DNA from: Flavobacteriales bacterium
GTDB lineage: Bacteria > Bacteroidota > Bacteroidia > Flavobacteriales_D > Parvicellaceae
Assembly: GCA_015488785.1 (NCBI GenBank)
Contig: WFNC01000522.1
Coordinates: forward strand, 1-39,358
Reading direction: 5' to 3'
Length of the DNA stretch: 39,358 nucleotides
Program-made: the position numbers and the translations under genes
Shown: piece by piece, positions 28,514-39,358 of the stretch
Layout of the letters: each line of letters starts with the position of its first letter
Position numbering within the stretch: position 1 is the stretch's first letter
Notes under the pieces: generated by a model
Database searches by the model: none
Seen by the model: only the letters and a program-made list of their open reading frames with translations
Told to the model about the DNA's origin: nothing

Positions 28514-31500
28514 ATGGCTTATAGAAAAGAATCGAAAGTATCAAGTAGATTTAGCAAAATAACCATCAGTCTTGCCTCTCCTGAAATGATTTTAGAAAAA
28601 TCACATGGAGAAGTATTAAAGCCTGAGACAATTAATTATAGAACATACAAGCCTGAGCGTGATGGATTATTCTGTGAAAGAATTTTCGGTCCCGTTAAAG
28701 ATTACGAATGTCATTGTGGAAAATACAAGAGAATTCGTTATAAAGGGATTGTATGTGATAGATGTGGTGTAGAGGTTACTGAGAAAAAAGTAAGAAGAGA
28801 ACGAATGGGACATATCTCATTGGTTGTTCCTGTTGCGCATATCTGGTACTTCCGTTCATTACCGAATAAGATTGGTTACCTTTTAGGTTTACCAACTAAG
28901 AAATTAGATCAAATTATTTATTACGAAAGATATGTTGTAATAAACGGAGGTGGAGTTTCTAATGCTGAAGGAGAATCTTTAGAGCGTTTAGATTTCTTGA
29001 CTGAAGAAGAATATTTAGATATCTTAGATGCATTACCAAAAGAAAATAGACATTTAGAAGATAATGATCCTAATAAGTTTATTGCTAAAATGGGGGCAGA
29101 AGCATTAGAAGAGCTATTGAAACGTTTAGAGTTAGAAAAACTTTCTTACGAATTACGTCATAAAGCAAATACTGAAACTTCTCAACAACGTAAAAATGAA
29201 GCATTAAAACGTCTTAAAGTTATTGAGGCTTTAATTGATGCAAATACACGTATAGAAAATCGTCCGGAATGGATGATTGTAAAAACTGTACCTGTAATTC
29301 CACCAGATTTGAGACCATTGGTTCCACTTGATGGAGGTCGTTTTGCTACGTCTGATTTAAATGATTTATACAGAAGAGTTATTATTAGAAATAATCGTTT
29401 GAAACGATTAATAGAAATTAAAGCTCCTGAGGTTATTTTACGTAATGAAAAACGTATGTTACAAGAATCTGTTGATTCTTTATTCGATAATTCTAGAAAA
29501 TCAAGTGCTGTAAAAACAGACAAAAATAGACCGTTAAAATCTTTATCTGATAGTTTGAAAGGAAAACAAGGTCGTTTCCGTCAGAATTTATTAGGAAAAA
29601 GGGTTGATTATTCTGCACGTTCGGTAATTGTTGTAGGTCCAACATTAAAATTACATGAGTGTGGATTGCCTAAAGATATGGCTGCTGAACTTTTCAAACC
29701 ATTTATCATCCGTAAGATGATAGAGCGTGGGATTGTTAAAACAGTAAAATCTGCAAAGAAAATTGTAGATAAAAAAGATCCAGTAGTTTGGGATATATTA
29801 GAGAATGTAATTAAAGGACATCCGGTATTACTGAATAGAGCACCAACACTTCACCGTTTAGGTATTCAAGCTTTTCAACCAACATTGATTGAAGGAAAAG
29901 CAATACAGTTACACCCATTAGTGTGTACTGCATTTAATGCCGATTTTGATGGGGATCAAATGGCGGTGCATTTACCTTTAGGAAATGCTGCTGTTTTAGA
30001 AGCTCAAATGTTATTATTGGCTTCTCACAATATTTTGAATCCTGCAAATGGAGCTCCGATTGCAGTACCATCTCAGGATATGGTTTTGGGTCTATATTAT
30101 ATGACCAAAATTAGAAAATCTACACCTGAATTGACTGTAAAAGGAGAAGGTAAGATGTTTTATTCTCCTGAAGAAGTTGAAATTGCTTATAATGAAGGCG
30201 CAATTGATTTGCATGCTACAATTAAAGTTAAAACTCAAGATGTAATTAAAGGTGAGTATGTAACTAAAATGATTGATACTACTACAGGTCGAGTTTTGTT
30301 TAATGAATTAGTTCCTAAAGAAGCTGGATTTATTAATGAAGTTTTAACTAAAAAAGCTTTACGAGATATTATTAGTGATATTCTTAAGGTGACAAACGTA
30401 CCAACTGCTGCAGATTTCTTAGATGATATTAAAAATCTTGGTTATACAATGGCATTTACAGGAGGTTTATCTTTCAATTTAGGTGATGTGGTTATTCCAG
30501 ATGCTAAGAAGGATATGGTTGCTAAAGCTGAAGCTCAAGTTGAAGAAGTTAAGATGAATTATAACATGGGACTTATTACAAATAATGAGCGTTATAATCA
30601 AATTATTGATATTTGGACACATACGAACTCGAGATTAACGCATATCTTGATGGATTACTTAAAGAATGATCAACAAGGTTTCAACTCTATCTTTATGATG
30701 ATGGATTCTGGAGCAAGGGGATCGAAAGAACAAATTCGTCAGTTATCTGGAATGAGGGGGCTTATGGCTAAACCTCAAAAATCTGGAGCAGGTGGAGGTC
30801 AAGATATTATTGAAAATCCAATTCTTTCTAACTTTAAAGAAGGGTTATCAATTTTGGAATACTTTATATCTACTCACGGTGCCCGTAAAGGTTTGGCCGA
30901 TACAGCACTTAAAACTGCCGATGCAGGTTACTTAACTAGAAGATTAGTTGATGTTGCGCAAGATGTTGTAGTTAATGCTGTAGATTGTGGAACCCTTAGA
31001 GGTTTAACAGCTACCGCTCTTAAGAAAAATGAAGACATCGTCGAAAGTTTAGCTGATAGAATTTTAGGACGTGTTTCTTTAAATGATATTGAACATCCTG
31101 AGACTGGAGAACTTATCGTTGCTGAAGGTGATGAAATTAAAGAAGTTCATACTGTTCTAATTGAAGAGGCTGGAATTGAAGAGGTTGAAGTTCGTTCTGT
31201 ATTAACTTGTGAAAATACCAGAGGTGTTTGTGCTAAATGTTATGGACGTAACCTTTCTACTAGACACATGGCTGTTAGAGGTGATTCTATTGGAGTTGTT
31301 GCTGCACAATCGATTGGTGAACCTGGTACACAGTTAACACTTCGTACATTCCACGTTGGGGGTACAGCATCTAATGTTGCTGATGAATCTACTATTACGG
31401 CTAAATTTAGTGGTAAGTTAGAAATAGATGAATTGAAAACAGTAACTAAAACTGATGAAGAAGGAAATGAAGTTGAAGTTGTAATTGGTCGTGCTGCTGA

Positions 31501-32797
31501 AATGAGAATTTTAGATAGTAAAACGAATCAAGTATTAGCTACAAACAACATTCCTTATGGAGCTCATTTTACTGCTGTTAACAACAGTCCGATTAAAAAA
31601 GGAGATGCAATTTGTAAATGGGATCCTTATAATGCTGTAATTATTTCGGATATTGATGGAAAGATTGAGTTTGAAAACTTAGTATCTGGAGAAACATTCC
31701 GTGAAGAAGTTGATGAGCAAACAGGATTCTCTGAAATGGTAATTAAAGAGAACAGAAGAAAGAAAAATGTCCCTACTATTTTAGTTGTGAATAAGAAAGG
31801 AGAAACATTAAAATCATTTAGTTTGCCAGTAGATGCTCACGTTGTTGTAAAAGAAGGTGATGCAATTACAATGGGAGAAATCTTAGTTAAGATTCCTCGT
31901 AAATCAGCTAAATCTGGAGATATTACAGGGGGGCTTCCTCGTGTAACTGAAATGTTTGAAGCTCGTAACCCATCTAACCCTGCTGTTGTAGCGAAGATTG
32001 ATGGTGTTGTTTCTTATGGTAAAATTAAGAGAGGTAACAGAGAGGTTGTTATTGAAGCTAAAACTGGAGAAGTAACTAAATATTTAGTGCCACTTTCTAG
32101 ACATATTTTAGTTCAAGAAAATGATTTTGTGAGAGCTGGTCAAAACTTATCGGAAGGAGCTACAACTCCAAAAGATATTTTAGCAATTAAAGGTCCAACT
32201 GCTGTTCAAGAGTATATTGTGAATGAAATACAAGAAGTATATCGTTTACAAGGTGTGAAAATTAACGATAAGCATTTTGAGGTTATTGTACGTCAAATGA
32301 TGCGTAAAGTTGAAATCGCTGATGCTGGAGATACAATTTTCTTAGAAAAATCTTCTGTTAATAAATGGGAATTTATTCAAGAAAATAATAAGCTTTGGGG
32401 TAAGAAAGTAATTGAAGATGCTGGAGGATCTCAAATTTTAAGTGCTGGACAAATTGTTTCGGCTCGTAAGTTGAGAGATGAAAATTCAATGTTAAAACGA
32501 AACGGTAAAAAAGCTGTCACTGCTAGAAACGCTGTTCCTGGAACTGCTATTCCAATGTTACAAGGAATTACAAGAGCTTCATTACAAACAGATAGTTTCA
32601 TATCTGCAGCTTCTTTCCAGGAAACAACTAAGGTGCTTAACCTTGCTGCTGTTAGTGGTAAAGAAGATCATTTATTAGGATTAAAAGAGAATGTAATTGT
32701 TGGACATAAAATACCAGCAGGAACAGGTCTTGATTATTTCCAAACAATGACAGTAACTCCTAAAGTAGGACATGCTGAATCTGTTATAGAGGATTAA
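28514..32797 (+). CDS. rpoC: DNA-directed RNA polymerase subunit beta'
   Basis: 1427 aa with the zinc-binding [23 protein letters not shown], the catalytic [12 protein letters not shown], and trigger-loop and bridge-helix regions. Confidence 0.99.
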   Translation: MAYRKESKVSSRFSKITISLASPEMILEKSHGEVLKPETINYRTYKPERDGLFCERIFGPVKDYECHCGKYKRIRYKGIVCDRCGVEVTEKKVRRERMGHISLVVPVAHIWYFRSLPNKIGYLLGLPTKKLDQIIYYERYVVINGGGVSNAEGESLERLDFLTEEEYLDILDALPKENRHLEDNDPNKFIAKMGAEALEELLKRLELEKLSYELRHKANTETSQQRKNEALKRLKVIEALIDANTRIENRPEWMIVKTVPVIPPDLRPLVPLDGGRFATSDLNDLYRRVIIRNNRLKRLIEIKAPEVILRNEKRMLQESVDSLFDNSRKSSAVKTDKNRPLKSLSDSLKGKQGRFRQNLLGKRVDYSARSVIVVGPTLKLHECGLPKDMAAELFKPFIIRKMIERGIVKTVKSAKKIVDKKDPVVWDILENVIKGHPVLLNRAPTLHRLGIQAFQPTLIEGKAIQLHPLVCTAFNADFDGDQMAVHLPLGNAAVLEAQMLLLASHNILNPANGAPIAVPSQDMVLGLYYMTKIRKSTPELTVKGEGKMFYSPEEVEIAYNEGAIDLHATIKVKTQDVIKGEYVTKMIDTTTGRVLFNELVPKEAGFINEVLTKKALRDIISDILKVTNVPTAADFLDDIKNLGYTMAFTGGLSFNLGDVVIPDAKKDMVAKAEAQVEEVKMNYNMGLITNNERYNQIIDIWTHTNSRLTHILMDYLKNDQQGFNSIFMMMDSGARGSKEQIRQLSGMRGLMAKPQKSGAGGGQDIIENPILSNFKEGLSILEYFISTHGARKGLADTALKTADAGYLTRRLVDVAQDVVVNAVDCGTLRGLTATALKKNEDIVESLADRILGRVSLNDIEHPETGELIVAEGDEIKEVHTVLIEEAGIEEVEVRSVLTCENTRGVCAKCYGRNLSTRHMAVRGDSIGVVAAQSIGEPGTQLTLRTFHVGGTASNVADESTITAKFSGKLEIDELKTVTKTDEEGNEVEVVIGRAAEMRILDSKTNQVLATNNIPYGAHFTAVNNSPIKKGDAICKWDPYNAVIISDIDGKIEFENLVSGETFREEVDEQTGFSEMVIKENRRKKNVPTILVVNKKGETLKSFSLPVDAHVVVKEGDAITMGEILVKIPRKSAKSGDITGGLPRVTEMFEARNPSNPAVVAKIDGVVSYGKIKRGNREVVIEAKTGEVTKYLVPLSRHILVQENDFVRAGQNLSEGATTPKDILAIKGPTAVQEYIVNEIQEVYRLQGVKINDKHFEVIVRQMMRKVEIADAGDTIFLEKSSVNKWEFIQENNKLWGKKVIEDAGGSQILSAGQIVSARKLRDENSMLKRNGKKAVTARNAVPGTAIPMLQGITRASLQTDSFISAASFQETTKVLNLAAVSGKEDHLLGLKENVIVGHKIPAGTGLDYFQTMTVTPKVGHAESVIED

Positions 32798-32858
32798 AAT
32801 AAAAGATACTCAAACCGATTAGCTAGTTGGTTTGAGTCTAGTATTACTATAAATTGAC

Positions 32859-32892
32859 AAAGGTCTTTCAGAAATGAAAGACCTTTTTTTTG
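32859..32892 (+). terminator. rho-independent terminator after rpoC
   Basis: aaaggtctttc / gaaagaccttt stem with loop agaaat, followed by a run of T. A second hairpin without a T-tract lies upstream at 32808-32837 (actcaaacc / ggtttgagt). Confidence 0.8.
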
Positions 32893-32942
32893 TTTGAAAA
32901 AATTAATACAAATAATTTTTATAAAAAAACAAAAGGGTTAAG

Positions 32943-32950
32943 TATCTTTG
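32943..32950 (+). promoter_or_regulatory. promoter -7 box TATCTTTG for metG
   Basis: Third copy of the exact TATCTTTG octamer in the window, 20 nt upstream of the metG ATG. Confidence 0.55.
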
Positions 32951-32970
32951 TGCTTTCTAAAAATATAAAC

Positions 32971-35031
32971 ATGAACAATCCGAAAAGATACACGATTACA
33001 GCAGCACTTCCTTATGCAAATGGACCATTACATTTAGGTCACTTAGCAGGAGTATATATTCCCGCAGATATTTATGCGCGATTTATGCGATTGAATAATC
33101 AAGATGTTGCATTTGTCTGTGGTTCGGATGAACATGGAGCTGCAATTACACTTAGAGCGAAGAAAGAAAATACAACTCCTCAAGAAATTGTTGATAGGTA
33201 CCACGAGCTGAATAAAAATGTATTTTCTGATTTGGGTATTAGTTTCGATATCTTTCATAGAACTTCTTCTGATTTACATAAAGAAACTGCAGCTAATTAC
33301 TTTAAGGAGCTAGCAGAAAAAGGTGCTTTTACGAAGAAGACTTCAGAGCAATATTATGATGAAGAGTATAAACAATTTTTAGCAGATCGGTATATAACTG
33401 GAGATTGTCCAAAATGTAATGCAGAAGGTGCTTACGGAGATCAATGTGAAAAATGTGGCTCTGATTTGAGTCCTTTAGAGCTGATTAATCCAAAATCAAC
33501 ATTGAGTGGAAAGACGCCTATTCTTAAAGAAACTTCCCACTGGTATTTACCAATGGGAGAGCATGAAGAATGGTTGAAGTCTTGGGTAAAAGATGGAGTG
33601 TTAGATGGCAAAAAGGTTCACAATCCAAAAGAATGGAAAAATCAAGTTGTAGGACAGTGCATGAGTTGGATAGATGGAGGTTTGCATGAAAGAGCAATGA
33701 CAAGAGATTTAGACTGGGGGGTAAAAGTTCCTTTGAAAGATGCTGAAGGAAAGGTGCTTTATGTTTGGTTCGATGCTCCTTTAGGATATATTTCTGCAAC
33801 GAAACAATGGGCAAAAGATAATGATAAAGATTGGGAGCCTTATTGGAAATCTGAAGATACAAAATTGGTGCATTTTTTAGCAAAAGATAACATTGTTTTT
33901 CACACAATTATTTTTCCTATTTTATTAAAAACATTTGGAGACCATATCTTACCGAATAATGTTCCTGCCAATGAATTTTTAAATTTAGAAGGAAAAAAGT
34001 TGAGTACTTCTAGAAATTGGGCTGTTTGGGGACATGAGTATTTAGAAGATTTTGAAGGTAAGCAAGATGCATTGCGTTATGCTTTGACTTCAATAATGCC
34101 AGAGTCAAAAGATAGTGATTTTACTTGGGAAGATTTTCAAGCTCGTAATAATAATGAATTGGTTGCTGTTTTTGGAAATTTTGTAAACAGAACATTGGTT
34201 TTGACTCAAAAATATTATGATGGAATTGTTCCCGAAAGAGGTGAATTAACTGATTTTGATAAAGAAGTTTTAGAAGAGTTAAAAGCATTACCTCATAAAA
34301 TTAAAAAATCAGTAGAAGCTTACCGTTTTAGAGAAGCAATGGGAGAAGCCATGAATATGGCTCGTCTTGGGAATAAATACTTAGCAGACACAGAACCTTG
34401 GCGCTTGATTAAAACGGATGAGAAACGTGTAAAAACAATAATGAATATTGCAACACAAATCACAGCTAATTTAACGATTGCTTTTGAAGCTTTCTTACCT
34501 TTTACGACTCAAAAATTGAGAGAAATGATTGGTATGGACAAACTAGATTGGAGTTTTATAGGAAATGATAACTTAATCGAAGTTGGACATAAAATCGGTA
34601 AATCAGAATTATTATTCTCAAAAATTGACAATGCGCAAATAGAAGCTCAAGTTGCAAAGTTAGCTAATTCTCAAGAAATTGAAATTGATTTCCCTAAACA
34701 AAAGGATACAATAGATTTTGAAGATTTTACAAAGTTAGACATTAGAGTAGGGGAGATTATAGAAGCTGAAAAAGTAAAAAAAGCAAAGAAATTATTAAAA
34801 CTTACTGTTGATACAGGATTGGACAAACGAATTGTTGTTTCTGGAATTGCAGAACATTATACAGCCGAAGAAGTAATTGGACAAAAAGTTTCGATTCTTA
34901 TGAATTTAGCTCCTCGAAAAATTAGAGGTGTAGAATCGCAAGGTATGATTTTAATGGCTGAAAACGAAAAAGGAGAACTTGCATTTGTTGCCCCAACTAA
35001 AGATATTATTACAGGAGGAAATGTAAGTTAA
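32971..35031 (+). CDS. metG: methionine-tRNA ligase with C-terminal tRNA-binding (EMAP/Trbp111-like) domain
   Basis: [27 protein letters not shown] (HIGH region), zinc knuckles CPKC...CEKCG, KLSTSRN (KMSKS variant), and C-terminal [14 protein letters not shown]...LKLTVDTG. The ORF-track start 32890 is a TTG inside the rpoC terminator, so ATG 32971 is preferred. Confidence 0.95.
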   Translation: MNNPKRYTITAALPYANGPLHLGHLAGVYIPADIYARFMRLNNQDVAFVCGSDEHGAAITLRAKKENTTPQEIVDRYHELNKNVFSDLGISFDIFHRTSSDLHKETAANYFKELAEKGAFTKKTSEQYYDEEYKQFLADRYITGDCPKCNAEGAYGDQCEKCGSDLSPLELINPKSTLSGKTPILKETSHWYLPMGEHEEWLKSWVKDGVLDGKKVHNPKEWKNQVVGQCMSWIDGGLHERAMTRDLDWGVKVPLKDAEGKVLYVWFDAPLGYISATKQWAKDNDKDWEPYWKSEDTKLVHFLAKDNIVFHTIIFPILLKTFGDHILPNNVPANEFLNLEGKKLSTSRNWAVWGHEYLEDFEGKQDALRYALTSIMPESKDSDFTWEDFQARNNNELVAVFGNFVNRTLVLTQKYYDGIVPERGELTDFDKEVLEELKALPHKIKKSVEAYRFREAMGEAMNMARLGNKYLADTEPWRLIKTDEKRVKTIMNIATQITANLTIAFEAFLPFTTQKLREMIGMDKLDWSFIGNDNLIEVGHKIGKSELLFSKIDNAQIEAQVAKLANSQEIEIDFPKQKDTIDFEDFTKLDIRVGEIIEAEKVKKAKKLLKLTVDTGLDKRIVVSGIAEHYTAEEVIGQKVSILMNLAPRKIRGVESQGMILMAENEKGELAFVAPTKDIITGGNVS

Positions 35032-35058
35032 AAAAGATTTCTTTAAGAAGATTAAAAA

Positions 35059-35098
35059 GCCCCAATTCACAAATGGTGAGAATTGGGGCTTTTTTTTT
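35059..35098 (+). terminator. rho-independent terminator after metG
   Basis: gccccaattc / gaattggggc 10-bp GC-rich stem with an 11-nt loop, followed by about 9 T and preceded by an A-tract. Confidence 0.85.
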
Positions 35099-35164
35099 GA
35101 AACTACTATTTTTTTATTTAAGTATAAGAAATGATATAAGCTTTACATTGTAACATAATATCCT

Positions 35165-35172
35165 TATTTTTG
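35165..35172 (+). promoter_or_regulatory. candidate -7 box (TAttTTTG) for dapF, with a near-leaderless arrangement
   Basis: tatttttg matches TAnnTTTG and ends 7 nt before the dapF ATG. Confidence 0.4.
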
Positions 35173-35179
35173 TTTTATA

Positions 35180-35971
35180 ATGATGAAAATACCATTCAAG
35201 AAATTTCAAGGAACAGGCAATGACTTTGTAATTATAGACAATAGAACTCTTTTTTTTGATAAAGAAAACCTAGAGCAAATTCAGTTTATTTGTAACCGAA
35301 AATTCGGAGTTGGTTCCGATGGGCTTATACTAATTGAAAATCACAATAAATATGATTTCAATATGGTATTTTTTAATCCCGATGGCTCACAGAGTTTTTG
35401 TGGTAATGGAAGCCGCTGTGCAGTTCGATTTGCTTATGATTTAGGAATTGTAAAAGAGCAAATGGAATTTATTTCTACAGATGGTTGGCACGAAGCATCA
35501 ATTTTAGATAACAATGATGTAAAGTTGAGAATGAATGATGTCTCTAATGTAGAACAAAATACTAATTTTGATTTTATGAATACAGGTTCTCCTCATTATG
35601 TTGCGTTTACACAAAATATTTTTGATTTAGATTTAATAAGCAAAGGAAGTAAGATTAGGTACAGTGAAGCTTATAAAAGTATAGGGGGAACAAATGTGAA
35701 TTTTATTGAAGCTGAAAATGATTTTTATAACGTAAGAACTTACGAAAGAGGAGTTGAAAATGAAACCTTGTCATGTGGGACAGGTGTTACTGCCTGCGCA
35801 CTGAGTGTTGGAATTCAGAAGAACTTATCAGAAAGTAAAATAAAGATAAAAACAAAAGGAGGAAATTTGACTGTTGATTTTAAAAAGAGTCTTGAAAATA
35901 ACTTTACCGATATCTGGCTTTCTGGTTCTGCCACATTTGTTTTTGATGGAGTAATAGAACTTGAAAACTAA
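35180..35971 (+). CDS. dapF: diaminopimelate epimerase
   Basis: FKKFQGTGNDFVIIDN, the first catalytic Cys in FFNPDGSQSFCGNGSRC and the second in ETLSCGTG. Confidence 0.93.
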   Translation: MMKIPFKKFQGTGNDFVIIDNRTLFFDKENLEQIQFICNRKFGVGSDGLILIENHNKYDFNMVFFNPDGSQSFCGNGSRCAVRFAYDLGIVKEQMEFISTDGWHEASILDNNDVKLRMNDVSNVEQNTNFDFMNTGSPHYVAFTQNIFDLDLISKGSKIRYSEAYKSIGGTNVNFIEAENDFYNVRTYERGVENETLSCGTGVTACALSVGIQKNLSESKIKIKTKGGNLTVDFKKSLENNFTDIWLSGSATFVFDGVIELEN

Positions 35972-36490
35972 ATGGCTATCATTCAAAATATACAACAATT
36001 GAAAAACACCAAAGAATTGAACGCTGGTCTTTTTCTTTGTCTAATTGGAGCTGACAAGACTCCTCCTCATATTGCATTAATTGCCGATGGAAGATATTAT
36101 TCGGCAAGTGTTCGAGGTGTTAAATTAGGTGTTGATTATAATTCATTATTAAAAATATTAGAATCAAAAAAAACAGCAACCTTATTTTTACAAATAGACG
36201 AACTTGTTAATCAAGAAATGTTAAGCACTGTTTATCAGAATTATCCTAAATTAACAATCAGTGAATCATGTTTGTTTCCTATTAGAGATTATTTTAAAAT
36301 GAATAATTGGAAGGTTCACAATTGGAATTTTGTATTTGACTTAGTCAATGATGCATTAAAGGAGAAAAAAATAGGAGCTGCTTATCATTTAGAAATGGAC
36401 AAAAGATTAGATAACGGTTCATTCAAACTAAAAGAATATACTAAAGCAGACATTATTACGTTAATTAAAGAATTGAAAGAATTGTGCTAG
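35972..36490 (+). CDS. hypothetical protein (172 aa), translationally coupled to dapF
   Basis: ATG directly follows the dapF TAA. It overlaps the downstream GNAT gene by 7 nt. No motif recognised. Confidence 0.6.
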   Translation: MAIIQNIQQLKNTKELNAGLFLCLIGADKTPPHIALIADGRYYSASVRGVKLGVDYNSLLKILESKKTATLFLQIDELVNQEMLSTVYQNYPKLTISESCLFPIRDYFKMNNWKVHNWNFVFDLVNDALKEKKIGAAYHLEMDKRLDNGSFKLKEYTKADIITLIKELKELC

Positions 36491-36999
36491 AAGGGAAAAA
36501 CATAAGACTAAGAACAATAGAACCAAACGATATAGATATTCTGTTGGCTTGGGAAAACAATACTCAAAACTGGAGGGTGAGTAATACATTTGTTCCGTTT
36601 TCAAGAAAATTAATGGAAGAATATATTTACAGTGCACAAGATATTTTTAGTACCAAACAGATTCGGTTTATTATTGAAGATTTGAACACTAAAGTCCCAC
36701 TAGGCTGTGTTGACCTGTTTGATTATGATCCATTTCATTTACGAGCAGGTGTTGGAATCCTTATCGATGAAAAGTATAGGGAGAAAGGAATAGCCAAGGA
36801 AGCGTTAAGTATTTTAAAAAAATATAGTTTTAGGCATCTAAAATTGCATCAAATTCATTGTACTATTGCAGCGTCAAATAAAGCTAGTATTCGATTGTTT
36901 GAAAAAGAAAATTTTGTTCAAACAGGAGTTAAAAAAGATTGGCTAAATTTTGGAGTGAATTGGGAAGATGAGTTGAGTTATCAATGTTTTAATGATTAG
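36484..36999 (+). CDS. GNAT-family N-acetyltransferase (RimJ/RimL-like)
   Basis: GTG start. IRLRTIEPNDIDILLAWENN and the acetyl-CoA-binding-like segment GILIDEKYREKGIAKEAL, then ASNKASIRLFEKENF. Confidence 0.8.
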   Translation: MLEGKNIRLRTIEPNDIDILLAWENNTQNWRVSNTFVPFSRKLMEEYIYSAQDIFSTKQIRFIIEDLNTKVPLGCVDLFDYDPFHLRAGVGILIDEKYREKGIAKEALSILKKYSFRHLKLHQIHCTIAASNKASIRLFEKENFVQTGVKKDWLNFGVNWEDELSYQCFND

Positions 37000-37025
37000 T
37001 GTTTTTGATTTAAAAGTAAAAGATT

Positions 37026-37457
37026 ATGAAAAATATAGTTTTAGGATTATTGTTTATTACTGCACTCAGTTTTTTTCAAAGTTCTTGTAAAAAGAAAAAT
37101 CAAACGGTTCCTTATGTTCCTGTTGATATTTATATAAATGTAGCATTACCTGCTTATATTAATCTAAGTGCCCCAGGCGGTTGGGTTTATGTATCGGGAG
37201 GTAGTAAAGGACTAATTGTTTACCGTCAAACGTTGACTAAGTTTATGGTTTATGATAGACATTGTACCTACAATATAGATAATCCTTGCGGAGCTGCAAC
37301 GGTAGATTCTTCCAATGTTTCTATTTCCTGTGCTTGCGATGGAAGTGTCTATCAAATCTATGATGGAGCTGTAACTAATGGTCCTGCAACTTTTAATTTG
37401 CAACAGTATTCTACTAGTTTTGATGATTTAAATAATACGTTGCACATTTACAATTAA
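37026..37457 (+). CDS. small lipoprotein with a degenerate Rieske-like domain
   Basis: Signal peptide plus lipobox (FFQSSC). DRHCTYNIDNPC...(14 aa)...SCACDGSVYQ parallels the bc1/b6f-type Rieske boxes CTHLGC and CPCHGS, with both His positions replaced. Confidence 0.6.
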   Translation: MKNIVLGLLFITALSFFQSSCKKKNQTVPYVPVDIYINVALPAYINLSAPGGWVYVSGGSKGLIVYRQTLTKFMVYDRHCTYNIDNPCGAATVDSSNVSISCACDGSVYQIYDGAVTNGPATFNLQQYSTSFDDLNNTLHIYN

Positions 37458-37463
37458 AACAAC

Positions 37464-38102
37464 ATGAACATTAAAACTATTTTAGGAATAACATTCTTAT
37501 TCTTATCCCTTAATCAAAAAGCAATAGCACAAGACGAAGTTTTGAAGGCAGATTCAACACTCTCTAATTTGTATTATGAAGTTGGCTTTGGTTTTTCAAA
37601 CTTAGGAGAAATGATTGTTCTTGGAATAGACGAAAAACAACTATTTCCAGAGCATGATAAATATGCTTTTTCTTTGTCACAACTTTTAAATAACAATAAA
37701 TACCTTCGATTTGGATTTGTCTATGGATTCTATAAACAAAATATAGTGGGAGGACACAATAGTTTTATCAGTCCATTTATTGTAACTATCGGATTAGAGA
37801 AAAAGAAAACCAAGAATAGATGGGCGTTTTCTTATGGTTCAGATATTTATTATGCTACATCACTCAAAAAAACAAATATAGGAGGTTCTTTTTGGCAAGC
37901 ACAACAACATGCTTTTGGAATTTCTGGATTGATTAGCGGATCGTACTTTATTCACAAGAACTTATCTGTCCGTACAGAAACAGAAATAGGATTTGGAGCT
38001 AGGAATAACTATAAGAATAAGGGCTTTGTAGTTCAACAAACACTAGCACCAGAAGTTCGATTAATTAAAGCAATTAGCTTAGAGTTAAAATATCATTTTT
38101 AG
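37464..38102 (+). CDS. small outer-membrane beta-barrel protein candidate (212 aa)
   Basis: Signal peptide MNIKTILGITFLFLSLNQKAIAQ, alternating hydrophobic strands, and a C-terminal aromatic residue (LELKYHF). It starts 6 nt after the upstream gene. Confidence 0.55.
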   Translation: MNIKTILGITFLFLSLNQKAIAQDEVLKADSTLSNLYYEVGFGFSNLGEMIVLGIDEKQLFPEHDKYAFSLSQLLNNNKYLRFGFVYGFYKQNIVGGHNSFISPFIVTIGLEKKKTKNRWAFSYGSDIYYATSLKKTNIGGSFWQAQQHAFGISGLISGSYFIHKNLSVRTETEIGFGARNNYKNKGFVVQQTLAPEVRLIKAISLELKYHF

Positions 38103-38130
38103 AAAGAATGATATTGTTTTGAATCTAGTT

Positions 38131-39358
38131 TTAAAGCACAGTAATTGTACCTAATTTCTCTACAATGTCAGAAGCTCCTTTTGCCTGATATTGCATTTTC
38201 CAAACATAACCTCCTGTTGGTACTTTTTGCCCCTTAGAAGTTCCATCCCAAGAAAAAGTTGAATGGTGACTTTCAAAAATTAAACTACCCCAACGATCAA
38301 AAATATAAAATTCAAAAGACCTTAATTTATCGTCGTCGAAGACGAGTTCTAATGTTTCGTTAAATCCATCTCCGTTTGGAGTAATGGCATTTGGAATATA
38401 AATGAATTCTCCCTTACTAGCTAAAATAAATGGACGGTCACTAAAATCGTCAAAGTTAGAAAGTGTTAAAGAAGATAAAGTTCCAGAAGTATTCCCATTA
38501 GAAACATTATCCACAATTGTCCATTCATTGTTCCATCTTCCTATCGTTTCTACGACTTCGTCTTCACTCGCATCATAAAAGAAAGAGATGTCTGCTGTTG
38601 AGTTTCCTTCAGAATGATACAAATGATGATAGTACAACGGATTTAAATCACTAACCAATGGAGATTTATCGTCTAATGAATAACCGTCGGAAGTAGCTTC
38701 GTTATTGGCTAGTCTTGCTCCGTAAGTGTTCTCTAAATCGTCTGTAGGAGTAACATGAATCGGTCTTAATCTAAAATCTCCTACATCAGACCCCAAAGGG
38801 AATGTATAGGTAGAAGTAGATTGTGTTTTTCGTTTCAAGTGTCCGTCACCTCTACTACTTATGTATCCTGTTGTGTAAATCAATGCGGTAGGGTCAGTAT
38901 TATTAATTAACATTACATTTTCATCCGTCAATAAATGTTCTATACCTAAATCCAACCAAACTGCAGAAGCGTCAACAGTCATTAGTTTTTTACCTCCACT
39001 GAGTATTAAACTATAAAAATCAGTAGGATTTGTTCCTGTGATTAGTTTGTCGGCATTAATAAGTCGTACTGTTGAATTATCGGCATTAAAAGTATTATTG
39101 TTCTCCCAGTTTCCACCAATTTTATAATCTCCTGTTGCAGTAGAAAAACCAGTTGACGTTCCATTGTTAACATAGTCATAATCCACATCAACATTTCCTG
39201 CGTTTTCTAAGTTTCCGTTTGCTCCCGTTTTCAAAAAATTGTTTTGAACTTTAAGAATTCCTCCTCCATTTACGGCGAAGTCTGTATCTACAAATAATTG
39301 AGCATTTACAGCCGTAAATGCATAAGTAAAACTTGTAAGTAGGATTAAAAAATATTTC
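38131..39358 (-). CDS. secreted protein with T9SS type B (gliding-motility-associated) C-terminal domain; 5' end just beyond the window
   Basis: C-terminus IPNAITPNGDGFNETLELVF...FYIFDRWGSLIFES...SWDGTSKGQKVPTGGYVWKMQY matches the PNAFTPNGDG.ND / NRWG / WDG type-B tail. The frame stays open upstream of the track TTG (39234) to the window edge and reads KYFLILLTSFTYAFTAVNAQ, a signal peptide lacking only its first residues. Confidence 0.8.
   Translation of the reverse strand, partial: KYFLILLTSFTYAFTAVNAQLFVDTDFAVNGGGILKVQNNFLKTGANGNLENAGNVDVDYDYVNNGTSTGFSTATGDYKIGGNWENNNTFNADNSTVRLINADKLITGTNPTDFYSLILSGGKKLMTVDASAVWLDLGIEHLLTDENVMLINNTDPTALIYTTGYISSRGDGHLKRKTQSTSTYTFPLGSDVGDFRLRPIHVTPTDDLENTYGARLANNEATSDGYSLDDKSPLVSDLNPLYYHHLYHSEGNSTADISFFYDASEDEVVETIGRWNNEWTIVDNVSNGNTSGTLSSLTLSNFDDFSDRPFILASKGEFIYIPNAITPNGDGFNETLELVFDDDKLRSFEFYIFDRWGSLIFESHHSTFSWDGTSKGQKVPTGGYVWKMQYQAKGASDIVEKLGTITVL

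Noticed and set aside
32890-32970. 27-residue N-terminal extension of metG in the ORF track (TTG start)
   Set aside because: The TTG lies within the T-tract of the rpoC terminator and upstream of the TATCTTTG promoter box. The conserved MetRS N-terminus begins at ATG 32971.

Overview
AT-rich chromosomal window that looks like Bacteroidota, probably Flavobacteriia. The evidence is TAnnTTTG-type -7 promoter boxes, several cargo proteins of the type IX secretion system (T9SS), and the gene order. It splits into two parts. (1) About 1-14.9 kb starts with fabF-acpP and is otherwise an accessory cell-surface region. It holds a minus-strand pair of large T9SS-sorted proteins: a GH18-CUB-lectin-FN3-PKDx2 multidomain protein, and a protein with a tandemly duplicated ~189-aa module. 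It also holds a tightly coupled four-gene plus-strand operon of unknown function (lipoprotein, predicted outer-membrane protein, T9SS-sorted repeat protein, GT-C/PIG-V-like polytopic membrane protein), a convergent FkbM-type methyltransferase, and a secreted protein with a fibrinogen-like YCDxxxxGGGW domain. (2) About 15-37 kb is core housekeeping: alr, tdk, a metallophosphoesterase, a Xer-like tyrosine recombinase and hpf, then the classical tRNA(Thr-Tyr-Gly-Thr)-tuf-tRNA(Trp)-secE-nusG-rplKAJL-rpoBC block, then metG, dapF and a GNAT gene. The right end has a lipoprotein with a degenerate Rieske-like motif, a small beta-barrel protein and a 5'-truncated T9SS type-B cargo gene. I saw no CRISPR array, transposase, prophage or rRNA. 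The best candidate for something undescribed is the 7.7-13.9 kb envelope operon. All family calls come from motif recognition by eye, with no database search. Hand-derived coordinates for small RNA or regulatory features may be off by 1-2 nt.
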